Shown: positions 18,501-28,230 of the stretch, in pieces
How the letters are laid out: each line of letters begins with the position of its first letter
Numbering within the stretch: position 1 is the first letter of the stretch
From: Aquitalea sp.
GTDB lineage: Bacteria; Pseudomonadota; Gammaproteobacteria; Burkholderiales; Chromobacteriaceae
Direction: 5' to 3'
Assembly (NCBI GenBank): GCA_019232735.1
Contig: JAFANL010000094.1
Span: forward strand, 1-35,644
DNA length: 35,644 bases
Notes under the pieces: model-generated
What the model saw: the letters and a program-made list of their open reading frames with translations, nothing else
Database searches by the model: none
What the model was told of the DNA's origin: nothing
Position numbers and translations under genes: made by a program

Positions 18501-18647
18501 GGACACATGGCGCGTCTCATTGGCATGATCAATGGCTTTCTCTGCCCGTACATACAGCACAAAGCTGACGACGAAAGCGATGAATACCAGCAGGATCAAC
18601 CAGTAATAACGAGAGAGCAGCAGCAGATTGCTCTTGATGGTCAGCAT
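15516..18647 (-). CDS. Membrane GGDEF-EAL protein (periplasmic helical sensor-HAMP-like-GAF-PAS-GGDEF-EAL)
   Basis: Two TMs; GAF (QGPTGRAV...SSAALPL); PAS; GGDEF without RxxD; AEALLRW, ELTE, DDFGTGYSSL, EGVE, QGY. ATG 18647 (MLTIK) is preferred over 18794. Confidence 0.92.
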   Translation of the reverse strand: MLTIKSNLLLLSRYYWLILLVFIAFVVSFVLYVRAEKAIDHANETRHVSILLAAELRQSSDDLTRMVRTYVVTGNPLYQQHFREILAIREGKAPRPVDYQNCYWDLVLGDDHRPQRSEPAASLLQRMADAGFTPEEMTMLAKAKANSDALTRTEWAAMHLVAANPPFGSPQRQQAIRMLHDEAYHRAKASIMEPIAEFNRMSAQRTLLAVRDAERYALQLRFVLFAFGLLLLPLLWGLRRNLHHVLGASVAELHGSIARLGSGDFSQPMVHQGADTSSVMGWLAETRRKLQLLEDERQRADARNQRLTGLYDALSQCNQAIVRSRTEHELFEQICQAAVEHGGMKMVWVGLLDEDASHIRPLCAHGSGTGYLADLPLLTDTANPLSQGPTGRAVLSGQAQWCQDFKNDPSTAPWHARAAQYGWGSSAALPLQRNGKVIGALTLYSAETHAFDEAARKLIEEMVMDLDYALDGFQREQLRHEADIALQQSEQRLRTIIETEPECIKVVNRDGQLLEINRAGMAMLQADSLQQIQALGLLHFVMPDYHAAFMHLHQQVMAGHSGMLEFEITGLQGQRRWLETHAAPMRGEQGEVSMLLAITRDITVRKQNEQHIRYLAHYDALTGLPNRVRLEEEAERVLAQQSDGDAALTLMFLDLDHFKDINDSLGHSVGDALLVQLAARLRQLLPADALLSRLGGDEFILLLPTVTAEGARVLADTLLQDIAQPYWVAPYDLNISASIGIAVYPQDGEDLETLSRRADAAMYLAKKAGRSCYRFYTAAIQEKAARHLQLVNALRVALEQQQFTIHYQPQLSMADGRLVGAEALLRWKHPELGPVSPAEFIPVAEDCGLILPIGEWILRQAVRQARQWRDQGLELVMAVNLSAVQFRQADLPALVARILQEEGLPANCLELELTEGVAMYDPQQAIAVMNALHEQGVRMSIDDFGTGYSSLNLLKQFRVYKLKIDQTFVRDIVTDPDDRAIVAAIIHMAENLGMLTIAEGVETEEQHALLREQGCKELQGYLFSRPVPAAEFAEFARHRAAAR

Positions 18648-18960
18648 GGCTTGATAGCCCTTTTTATCGTAATAGCCCCGATTGCACTTAAAAACAGGTA
18701 TAACGTCCTGATTATGGCGTAAAACTTTTCCTCTCGCTGCCCAAAAACCACAGGGCCAGGAATGGAATCCCGCCAGATAGCGGCAATGTGACAATGGCCC
18801 GCCCCTGCATCAAGCTGACCCACCCGCATCGCGTGACGGTGACGGCCATTCCGCCTGGTTCAGCCTGAGCATGCGGGCTGATGCTGCAGCCCTACCCTGC
18901 TGGCTTTTTATTCATCATTTTATTCATTTCGTTTTCTACGCATTCTGGCAAGGACTGAAC

Positions 18961-19998
18961 ATGACACTGGCACAATGGCTGGATATCCCGCTCTCCATCA
19001 TCCAGGCTCCGATGGCCGGCGTGCAGGGCAGCCGGCTGGCCATTGCCGTCAGCCAGGCCGGGGCATTGGGTTCGCTACCGGCAGCCATGCTGTCCCCGTC
19101 GCTGTTGCAACAAGAGCTGACTGCGCTGCAAGTGCTGGGTGACAAACCGTACAACCTCAATTTCTTCTGTCACCAGACGCCTGCCGACAATCCGACCGCC
19201 CTGGCCGACTGGCAGGCACGGCTCCTGCCCTATTATCAGGAGCTGGGCATCAGCCCGCCGCCCGCAACGGGCGCTGGCCGCATGCCATTCAATCAGGAGA
19301 TGGCCGATATCGTCTGCCGTTACCGCCCGGCGGTGGTGAGCTTTCACTTTGGCCTGCCAGCCCCCCACTTGCTGCAGCAGGTCAAGGCCTGTGGCAGCAA
19401 AGTGCTGTCGTCGGCCACCACCGTGGCCGAGGCCCGCTGGCTGGCGGCCAACGGCGCGGATGGCATCATCGCTCAAGGTCTGGAAGCGGGTGGACACCGT
19501 GGCCTCTTTCTCGACATGGAGCTGGAACAACAGCTGGGCACCTTCGCGCTGCTACCGCAAATTGTCGCGGCCGTGAAGCTACCGGTCATCGCTGCCGGCG
19601 GCATTGCCGATGCCGACGGCGTAGCCGCCGCCATGCGACTGGGGGCGGCGGGAGTGCAGGTGGGCACCGCCTATCTGCTGTGTGACGAGGCCAACACCAG
19701 CGCCGTACACCGTGCCGCCCTGGCCAGCCCGCAAGCGGCCCATACCGCATTGACGACGCTATTCACTGGCAGACCGGCGCGCGGCATCGTCAACCGGCTG
19801 ATGCGGGAACTGGGACCACGTCCGGCCGCCGTGCCGGCATTCCCGCTGGCCACGGCAGCGATAGCCCCCTTGCGCGCGGCGGCAGAGGCCCAGGGATGCG
19901 ATGATTTCAGCCCGCTGTGGTGCGGACAGAACGCCAGTGGCTGTCAGCCCATCGCGGCCGGTGAACTGACCCGGCAACTGGCAGCGGGTCTGCTGTGA
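18961..19998 (+). CDS. Nitronate monooxygenase family flavoprotein
   Basis: IIQAPMAG, VSFHFG, QGLEAGGHRG, AAGGIAD, GTAYL, FTGRPARG, LWCGQ; AGGA SD before ATG 18961. Confidence 0.92.
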   Translation: MTLAQWLDIPLSIIQAPMAGVQGSRLAIAVSQAGALGSLPAAMLSPSLLQQELTALQVLGDKPYNLNFFCHQTPADNPTALADWQARLLPYYQELGISPPPATGAGRMPFNQEMADIVCRYRPAVVSFHFGLPAPHLLQQVKACGSKVLSSATTVAEARWLAANGADGIIAQGLEAGGHRGLFLDMELEQQLGTFALLPQIVAAVKLPVIAAGGIADADGVAAAMRLGAAGVQVGTAYLLCDEANTSAVHRAALASPQAAHTALTTLFTGRPARGIVNRLMRELGPRPAAVPAFPLATAAIAPLRAAAEAQGCDDFSPLWCGQNASGCQPIAAGELTRQLAAGLL

Positions 19999-20080
19999 TC
20001 AGCAAAAACGGGTAAAGCCCAGGGCCGCCCACAACACAGCCTGCTAGGCTGGATGGCTTGTCTGCCAAGGAATCCTGCAC

Positions 20081-20377
20081 ATGCCCCTTCGCCCTTGCCT
20101 GGCCCTGTTACTGGGCAGCTTGTTATTCAGTGGCACGGCCTGCGCCGATGACCGACCACCACCACCGCCCGATGGCAATATGCCCGCGCCGCAAGGCCAG
20201 CCAGCGGAGGGACGACAACCTCCGGCAGAAGCCTTTGCCGCCTGTAGTGGCAAGCATCCGGGCGCAGCGGTGCTGCTGCAGTTGCATGGCCAGCGCATCC
20301 CGGCGCATTGCGTGGACTTCCACGGCCAACTGGCTGCCCGACCGGACCAGGCACCCCCACCGCCACCGCCGCAATGA
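20081..20377 (+). CDS. Small exported proline-rich hypothetical protein
   Basis: AGGA SD, signal peptide (…GTACA), poly-Pro at both ends, central PPAEAFAACSGK...AHC; directly followed by a terminator. Confidence 0.7.
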   Translation: MPLRPCLALLLGSLLFSGTACADDRPPPPPDGNMPAPQGQPAEGRQPPAEAFAACSGKHPGAAVLLQLHGQRIPAHCVDFHGQLAARPDQAPPPPPPQ

Positions 20378-20404
20378 AAAAAGCCCCGCACTCGGGGCTT
20401 TTTT
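20377..20404. terminator. Bidirectional rho-independent terminator
   Basis: AAAAAA-GCCCCG-CACT-CGGGGC-TTTTTT between convergent genes. Confidence 0.88.
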
Positions 20405-20428
20405 CATGCAGCAGGCAGTAATCCGCTT

Positions 20429-21589
<1,161 letters not shown>

Positions 21590-21765
21590 TTAGAAGAAAA
21601 ATATGTTTTTGATCAGATATTCCTGATGACAATGTCAGATTTGGCCAGCTAATGAAGTAAAATATGGCCGCATTTATTCAGGATAGACTGCCGCGCCAAG
21701 CGATTCCGACTGCTGGCGGACAAACAAGAGAACAAGCCTAAGCGCGCCGGTCGCAGGATGCCATC

Positions 21766-24700
21766 ATGATCACCCCCAATCTGGAACAAGCCTGGCAGCA
21801 AACCTCGCAAGCATTTGCCCTTCTTGATGTAGAAGGCCGCATCCGCCATGCCAACCCGGCGTTTTGCCTGCTGTTTGGCTATGCGCAGCAGGAGCTGGAA
21901 GGCCAGTCCATCGACATCATTGCGCCCCCCTTGCCACTGCAAGCGCCACGGCAGCAGGATATCGTCCGTGATATCGACCTGAGCCGTCCCTTCCAGGGAG
22001 AAGTGCACCGCATCGCCAAAGATGGCCGTGAAGTGATCGCCATGCTGCATTGCAGCGCCATGGGCGACCCGGCAGGGACCATCATCGGCTATGTGCTGTC
22101 CTACACCGATATTGCCGATCGCAAGGCCATGGAACTGGCCCTGCAACAGGCCAATGAGCAATTGTCGCTGGCGCTGAATGCCTCGCAGCTCTCGCTGTGG
22201 GATATGGACATACGGCGTGACCACGCCAGTATTGATGCCCGCTGGGCACGCATGCTGGGTTATGCGGAGCGGGCGGTAGAACAACGTGCCAGCAGCATGT
22301 TTGCCGACGTACATCCAGAAGATTATCCGCGGGTTTATCAGGCCATCATGGCGGCCATCCATGGTGAAACCAGCCGGTTCCAGGAGGAATTCCGCTATCG
22401 CAATGCCACCGATGGCTGGACCTGGATACGCTGCATCGGCAAGGTGGTGAGCCGCAATCAGCAAGGCATGGCCCTGCGTGCCATCGGCACCAGCCAGGAC
22501 ATTACCGACCGCAAGCACAACGAAGCCCAGATCATCCAGGCCGCGCATCACGACTGGCTCACCGGCCTGCCCAACCGCTTTGCCCTGACCTGCCATCTGG
22601 CAACGGCACTGGCGCGCGCACAACGCAACCAGACCCTGGTGGCGGTGTGCATGATTGATCTGGATGATTTCAAGCCGGTCAACGATACCTGGGGTCATGA
22701 AGCCGGAGACCGCTTGCTGCGCGATCTGGCTCGCCGCCTGCAATCCCTACTGCGCAAGACGGATTTTGTTGGCCGCCTGGGCGGGGACGAGTTTGTGGTG
22801 GTGATGGAGGACCTGCAGGAAGTCGACACCCTGCATCAGCTCAGCTTTGCCATGCAGCGCCTGCATCAGGCCGTGGAAAGCCCCTTTGCCATCGAAAACG
22901 GGGTCGACGCCGAGGTCGGCATGACGGTGGGGGTAGCCCTGTACCCGCACGATGGCGCGGAGCCTGATGCACTGATGCGCCAGGCCGATGCCGCCATGTA
23001 TCAGGCCAAGCAGCACAAATCCACCCGCCGCAGCTGGTGGCATATGGCGGCGGACGAAACCGAGTACCACAACGAGCCCATCGATCATTTTGAGGTGTAT
23101 GGCAAGGAGGCTGGCCGCCTGTTGCTGAAGACCAGACAGCTGATTGCCACCGCAGTCAACAGCTATATCAGCCGCTTCTACCAGCACGACAGCCCGGACA
23201 GTCAGGAAGCGCTGATTTTCTCCAGCCTGCGCACCAGCGAGCAGCAACAGCTGCAAGCGGCGCATCGCGACTTCCTGCTGAATTTGCTGGCCCCGGACAG
23301 CCAGGCCGAGCATATCCGCCAGGATGGGCAAAAACTGGGCCGGATCCATGGTCTGGTTGGTGTGACGCCGCCCATGCTGGTGCAAAGCGTGGAGCTGTTC
23401 CGCCGCCAGTTCAGCGAGCAACTTCAGCGCGCCCTGCTCCCCATCCGCCAGCGCTACCGGCTGGTTGAAATCGTCGACCGCCGGCTGCAAGAGCAATTGC
23501 ATGCCCAGCTGGAAGCCGCCGCCCAGGTACAAAGCCGCTATCTGGAAAGCCTGTCGCTGCCGATGTCGCATCAGGGCAGCCTGTGGGCCGATGCCGTCAA
23601 TAGCGAACTGGAGCATCTGGGCAGCCTGCCCGGGGTGCAGGCGGTATTGCTGATGCGCTTGATGTCCAACGGGGTATTCGTGCCGGAAAACTGCCGCGGC
23701 CCGCTGGGCCTGGCGGTGGCCGACCTGCTGCAGACGCCCGGCAAGGAAGCAGTGATCGACCCCAACTCGCCGCGCGGCCAGGGACTCAGCGCTGTCGCCT
23801 GGCGTAGCGGGCAGATTTGCACCACCGCCTCGTATGGACACGACCAGCGCTACAGCATCTGGCACCAGCAAGCCGAGGCCATGCGGGTGCGTTCCACCAT
23901 GAGCATTCCGGTACGCAATCAGGATGGGCTCACCGTCGCCGTACTCAGCTTCTTTGGCGCCTATCCCAACCAGTTCGAATCCGCCAGCATGCGCCAGTTT
24001 GCCCAAGGCCTGCAGCATCGCTGGGACCTGACACTGGCCGCCTGCACCAAACCGGCGGCCGCCATCCAGCAAAACATGGCCATCGCCCTGCGTGAACGGC
24101 TGTTTGCCGGTGGCCTCACCATGTATCTGCAACCGTTGGTCGACCTGCAGCAAGGACAGGTGGTCAAGGTGGAAGCGCTGGCCAGACTGGAGCAGGCCGA
24201 CGGACAACTGGTGGCACCGGGGATATTCCTGCCCTTGCTGGGCGATTCGGACCTGGACCACCTGTTCCGCCTCGGTCTGGACAAGGCATTGAGCCAGTTG
24301 ACCGATCTGGACCGCTGCGGCCTGGACATCGATATCTCGCTCAATATCGCCCCCAGCACGCTACAAGATGAAAATTGCCCGCAATGGGTGGCCGAGGCCC
24401 TGGCACGACATGGCGTGGCGGCCCACCGGCTCAGCCTGCAACTGCTGGAAACCGAAGACATCGCCCCGCAGGCACAGGACAGGGCCATCGAACGGCTGCG
24501 CCAGATCGGCATCAAGCTGGTGATGGATGACCTTGGCTCCGGTTACAGCAGCTTGCAACGCCTGAGTGCACTGCCGTTTGACACCATCAAGATCGACCAG
24601 AGCCTGACACTGAATCTGCGCAAGACTCCGCTGCCAAGCCTGGCCCTGATTCGCGCCATTCTGAAACTGGGACAGGTGCTGGAACGGCAAGTGGTGGTGG

Positions 24701-25086
24701 AAGGACTGGAAGACATCGGCATGCTGGAAGCCGCCGGCATCCTGGGTGCCACCCTGGGACAGGGCTATAGCCTGGCCCGCCCCATGGCCCAGCACAGCTT
24801 CATTGCGTGGCAGGGCCAGTTTGGCCTGCCGGCCCGGCAAGGCTACATCAGCAGCTACCTGGGGGCACTGGCCCAGCACTGGCTGTATACCCAGCCGGCG
24901 CAGAACCGGCGACGCCCGGCACTGGCGGACTGCCCCTTGCATGCTTTCCTGCTACGTCAGGCCGATCTGCCCAGCCAGGTGCTACGCTGGCATGTTGCCT
25001 GTCAGCAGGAGGAAGAGGCCGAGGAAGAAGCCGGCCAGCAGTTGATGCAGTGGCTGGTGGGCAGAATGTTGAAGGAGTCGGTCTGA
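21766..25086 (+). CDS. Cytoplasmic PAS-PAS-GGDEF-globin-GAF-EAL protein
   Basis: Two PAS domains; RKTD I-site plus GGDEF; sensor-globin-like segment (SRFY...LGRIHGLVGVTP); GAF (GQGLSAVAWRSG...SIPV); EAL (VEALARL, DDLGSGYSSL, KIDQS, EGLE, QGY). Confidence 0.88.
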   Translation: MITPNLEQAWQQTSQAFALLDVEGRIRHANPAFCLLFGYAQQELEGQSIDIIAPPLPLQAPRQQDIVRDIDLSRPFQGEVHRIAKDGREVIAMLHCSAMGDPAGTIIGYVLSYTDIADRKAMELALQQANEQLSLALNASQLSLWDMDIRRDHASIDARWARMLGYAERAVEQRASSMFADVHPEDYPRVYQAIMAAIHGETSRFQEEFRYRNATDGWTWIRCIGKVVSRNQQGMALRAIGTSQDITDRKHNEAQIIQAAHHDWLTGLPNRFALTCHLATALARAQRNQTLVAVCMIDLDDFKPVNDTWGHEAGDRLLRDLARRLQSLLRKTDFVGRLGGDEFVVVMEDLQEVDTLHQLSFAMQRLHQAVESPFAIENGVDAEVGMTVGVALYPHDGAEPDALMRQADAAMYQAKQHKSTRRSWWHMAADETEYHNEPIDHFEVYGKEAGRLLLKTRQLIATAVNSYISRFYQHDSPDSQEALIFSSLRTSEQQQLQAAHRDFLLNLLAPDSQAEHIRQDGQKLGRIHGLVGVTPPMLVQSVELFRRQFSEQLQRALLPIRQRYRLVEIVDRRLQEQLHAQLEAAAQVQSRYLESLSLPMSHQGSLWADAVNSELEHLGSLPGVQAVLLMRLMSNGVFVPENCRGPLGLAVADLLQTPGKEAVIDPNSPRGQGLSAVAWRSGQICTTASYGHDQRYSIWHQQAEAMRVRSTMSIPVRNQDGLTVAVLSFFGAYPNQFESASMRQFAQGLQHRWDLTLAACTKPAAAIQQNMAIALRERLFAGGLTMYLQPLVDLQQGQVVKVEALARLEQADGQLVAPGIFLPLLGDSDLDHLFRLGLDKALSQLTDLDRCGLDIDISLNIAPSTLQDENCPQWVAEALARHGVAAHRLSLQLLETEDIAPQAQDRAIERLRQIGIKLVMDDLGSGYSSLQRLSALPFDTIKIDQSLTLNLRKTPLPSLALIRAILKLGQVLERQVVVEGLEDIGMLEAAGILGATLGQGYSLARPMAQHSFIAWQGQFGLPARQGYISSYLGALAQHWLYTQPAQNRRRPALADCPLHAFLLRQADLPSQVLRWHVACQQEEEAEEEAGQQLMQWLVGRMLKESV

Positions 25087-25111
25087 GAGCGGAATAAACC
25101 TGCCGCCGCGA

Positions 25112-25990
25112 TCAGTCCAGCGCGCACGGCAGGGACAGCCCCCCCAGCCGGAACCAGCGCAGCAGATTGTCAAAATCACGCTGCTCCATGGCACTCAGCT
25201 GGCGATAACGCTGCGACAGGCGCTGAGCCAGGGCGGTATCAATGCGCTGCCGCGCAGCCGAGCGGAACAGCACCATGAAGGGGGCCAGGCTGGTCTGATA
25301 GCAATCCAGGCCAGGCCTCAGTGCTGCCGTGGCCTGCTGCAACTCATCCAGACTGAAAGCCGCCTGCATGGAGTTGAGAAAGTCCGCCGTAAACTGCGGC
25401 GATTGCAGCTCGATCCGGTCATGGGCAAAGAAATGCTGGGTAGCCCGGCGCTTGAGCCGGCCAAAGTCGGCCAGGTAAATGCCGCCCTCGGGCTGTAAAA
25501 CCCGCCGTAGCTGCTGCATGGTCTGCAACAACTGCTGCGTATCCGGCAAATGATGCAGCGACATGGTGCACAGCACACAATCCACCGATGCCGCGGCAAA
25601 ATGCTCCAGCCGGCTGATATCCCCCCGCTGCAGCTGCACATTGCTCACCCCTGCTGCCGCCAGATTGCCGGCAGCCTGTGCCAGCATGGTATCGGAGGCA
25701 TCCAGACCGATAAAGTTTGCCCCCGGATGCAGGCTGGCCAGGTGAATCAGCTGGTTAGCCGGGCCGCAAGCCAGGTCCAGCACCACATCACCGGGCCGGA
25801 TCAGCGGCAAGGACATCGCCGCATGAAACAGGTAAATGTAGTTGAGGACGCCATCGCTGCGACCGCTGTCCATGAACGCGTGCACCTGTGCCGGGTCTTG
25901 CATGATGGCCTGCGACTCTGGTGTACGCGGCAACACGGCACGCGACAGCCGCTCCAGCAGCAAGTGGGTAATCATCATGGGTGCGGACAT
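25112..25990 (-). CDS. Class I SAM-dependent methyltransferase
   Basis: VLDLACGPA, IGLDAS, SLHHLPD, RRVLQPEG. Confidence 0.88.
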   Translation of the reverse strand: MSAPMMITHLLLERLSRAVLPRTPESQAIMQDPAQVHAFMDSGRSDGVLNYIYLFHAAMSLPLIRPGDVVLDLACGPANQLIHLASLHPGANFIGLDASDTMLAQAAGNLAAAGVSNVQLQRGDISRLEHFAAASVDCVLCTMSLHHLPDTQQLLQTMQQLRRVLQPEGGIYLADFGRLKRRATQHFFAHDRIELQSPQFTADFLNSMQAAFSLDELQQATAALRPGLDCYQTSLAPFMVLFRSAARQRIDTALAQRLSQRYRQLSAMEQRDFDNLLRWFRLGGLSLPCALD

Positions 25991-26076
25991 GGCGGGAAAT
26001 ATCTATCTGGCTGCGGTTCGGCAAAAAATCGATGGCAAGGGACATGCCGCGCGCTACGCTGGCATGCCGGACAAGG

Positions 26077-26841
26077 TCAAGGGGCAGACCGCAGGCGCTG
26101 GAACACCAGCCGCGGCAGGCGCAGGGCAAAGCCGAACATCAGCCGGATATGCATCCAGGTCAGCAAGCGGTTGTCGCGCCAGTAATTGAAGTGCGATACC
26201 CCGCCTTCATCCGCCTGGAAGTATTTCACCGGTGACGGCACATTGACCGGCTGCACCCCGGCCCAGCACAAGCGCACCACGGCTTCCGGATCGAAATCGA
26301 AACGGCGCATCCAGTGCTGGCCTTGCATGATGCGACGCAAGGGCGCCACCGGATAGACGCGAAAACCGAACAGGGAATCGCCAATGCCCATCCACAGGGT
26401 TTCCAGATTGGCCCACCAGTTGGAAATCTTGCGGCCCTTGACGCGCAAGCTGGGTGCGCTGGCATCGAACACCGGCAGCCCCAGCACCATGGCGGCCGGT
26501 TGCTGCTGCGAAGCCGCCATGAAGGCCGGAATCTGCCCTGCCGGATGCTGACCATCGGAATCCATGCACAGCACATGGGTGAAACCCAGTCTGGCGGCCT
26601 GATCCAGGCCATGCAGCACCGCCGCCCCCTTGCCGCTGTTTTGCGGCAGCACGAACACCTGCAAGCCGGCATCCGCTGCCGCCATGTGCTGCAGCCCCTC
26701 CGTGGAGCCGTCATTGCTGCCATCGACAATCACCCAGACCGGCGTCCATTGCTGGCGGGCGGCCCGCACGGTGTCATACACCTTGGGACCGGGGTTATAA
26801 CTGGGGATCAACACCACATGGGTGGAGGAAGGCTGGTTCAT
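26077..26841 (-). CDS. Glycosyltransferase family 2 (APE/xanthomonadin-cluster type)
   Basis: VLIPSYN, VDGSNDGS, NSGKGAAV, MDSDGQH, DSLFGFRVYP, GGVSHF. Confidence 0.9.
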   Translation of the reverse strand: MNQPSSTHVVLIPSYNPGPKVYDTVRAARQQWTPVWVIVDGSNDGSTEGLQHMAAADAGLQVFVLPQNSGKGAAVLHGLDQAARLGFTHVLCMDSDGQHPAGQIPAFMAASQQQPAAMVLGLPVFDASAPSLRVKGRKISNWWANLETLWMGIGDSLFGFRVYPVAPLRRIMQGQHWMRRFDFDPEAVVRLCWAGVQPVNVPSPVKYFQADEGGVSHFNYWRDNRLLTWMHIRLMFGFALRLPRLVFQRLRSAP

Positions 26842-26955
26842 GATGATTTGGCTGAATGGCTGTTCACCCCGGCAAGCAGGATGCTGTCTGAATCTGGCTG
26901 GACCTTAGCCGATTGCCGACCGGCAGGTCAACAAGCAGTGGCAATCCGGGCCAAG

Positions 26956-27711
26956 CTATAAATGCAATTCCGGGTCGATAGAACGCTGCAGGCTGCTCTC
27001 GAAATAGCGTTGCAGCTGCGCAGCGGTTTCTTCCCGGCGCCCGCGGGCAATAAATTGCTGGCCAGGCACCGCCCGGTAAATCAGGGGAAATGTCGGGGGC
27101 TGCCATATTTTCCAGCCCTTGCTCAAATAGGCGGAATTGGTGGTAATCAGAATGGTCTGTAATGGCACTGCCGATTTCTTGGCAATCAAGGCCACCGAAC
27201 CACCAATATCATTGACCGGTTGGCGTGTGGTGCGCGTGCCTTCGGGAAAAATCATCAATACATTGCCTTGTTGAATGGATTGAATGGCCGCGCGAAACAT
27301 CTGATCCGGATGGCGATTGGAAACATAACCCGCCAGATAAGCGCCAATGCCCAGAAACAGATTCGAGCTGATACTGGCTTTCATCAGGCATACCACTTGC
27401 GGCAGGCGTGAAAACACCAGGAATGCATCAATCATACTGGGATGATTGGGGGCCAATAACATGGGGCCTTGCTGATTCAGCACATCCAGCCCGCACAAAT
27501 CCAGCTGCATCAGGCGACAAGCCTGTGCACCGGCCAGAAAGCAGCGGCATATACGGCTGATGACCCAGCGCACCAGCGGTTGGCGCAAACGCCGGGGCGC
27601 CAGCACTAATGGCAGCGCAGCGATATTGGCCGACAGTAACATGCTGCCCAGCCAGAACAACATAATATAAAACAGGATTATCTGGCCCAGGCGCAGACAG
27701 CGGTGCCACAT
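26956..27711 (-). CDS. Lysophospholipid (PlsC-like) acyltransferase
   Basis: NHPSMID (HX4D) and IFPEGTR motifs; N-terminal TM. Confidence 0.9.
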   Translation of the reverse strand: MWHRCLRLGQIILFYIMLFWLGSMLLSANIAALPLVLAPRRLRQPLVRWVISRICRCFLAGAQACRLMQLDLCGLDVLNQQGPMLLAPNHPSMIDAFLVFSRLPQVVCLMKASISSNLFLGIGAYLAGYVSNRHPDQMFRAAIQSIQQGNVLMIFPEGTRTTRQPVNDIGGSVALIAKKSAVPLQTILITTNSAYLSKGWKIWQPPTFPLIYRAVPGQQFIARGRREETAAQLQRYFESSLQRSIDPELHL

Positions 27712-27951
27712 TTTGAATGTTTACTTTCGATTTCCAGTCATTCACCAGATCGCATCACGGCCCATGCCGGATGGGATTATCTGGCCTCGGAATCACTGCA
27801 AAGGATGACAAAATCGTTTGGCAAGAACACGGTCAAGCCATCATGACAAAAACCCAGACCATCCAGGCTGACACAACCAACCTGAATGACATGATTTTAC
27901 TATACAATCAGCCCGATTTGGTGCACGCAACGCTCAGTGGATTGAATGCTC

Positions 27952-28230
27952 ATGTTAGAAGAAATCATCAAGAACTACCTCATCAATACCAAGGGCAAAG
28001 ACGCCTCCTTGTTTAACGACCCGCAACTGCAAGTCGCCGCTCTGGAGCTGGATTCTCTGGACATGGTGGAAATGCTGTTTGAAATCGAAGACCGCTGCGG
28101 TTTTCAACTGCCCGACCCGACCCGTTATCCCAAGATGGGCTTCCGGGAAATGCTGGCCGATATCGAAGCGGCCATCCGTGAACACAATAATGGTGAACTG
28201 CCCGATCTCCGTCTCGAGGGAGAGCAGTAA
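27952..28230 (+). CDS. Acyl carrier protein
   Basis: Small acidic protein with LELDSLDMVEMLFEIED (Ppant Ser). Start at 27946 or 27952. Confidence 0.88.
   Translation: MLEEIIKNYLINTKGKDASLFNDPQLQVAALELDSLDMVEMLFEIEDRCGFQLPDPTRYPKMGFREMLADIEAAIREHNNGELPDLRLEGEQ

Noticed and set aside
18648-18960. N-terminal ORF extensions (18794, 18871) and the TTTTATTCAT direct repeat (18906, 18918)
   Set aside because: The extensions are AT-rich, promoter-like sequence with better SD-linked starts downstream. The repeat is too short to interpret.
27717-28016. 99-aa ORF in the acyltransferase/ACP divergent region
   Set aside because: Overlaps the ACP start out of frame, covers promoter-like DNA, and has no motifs.
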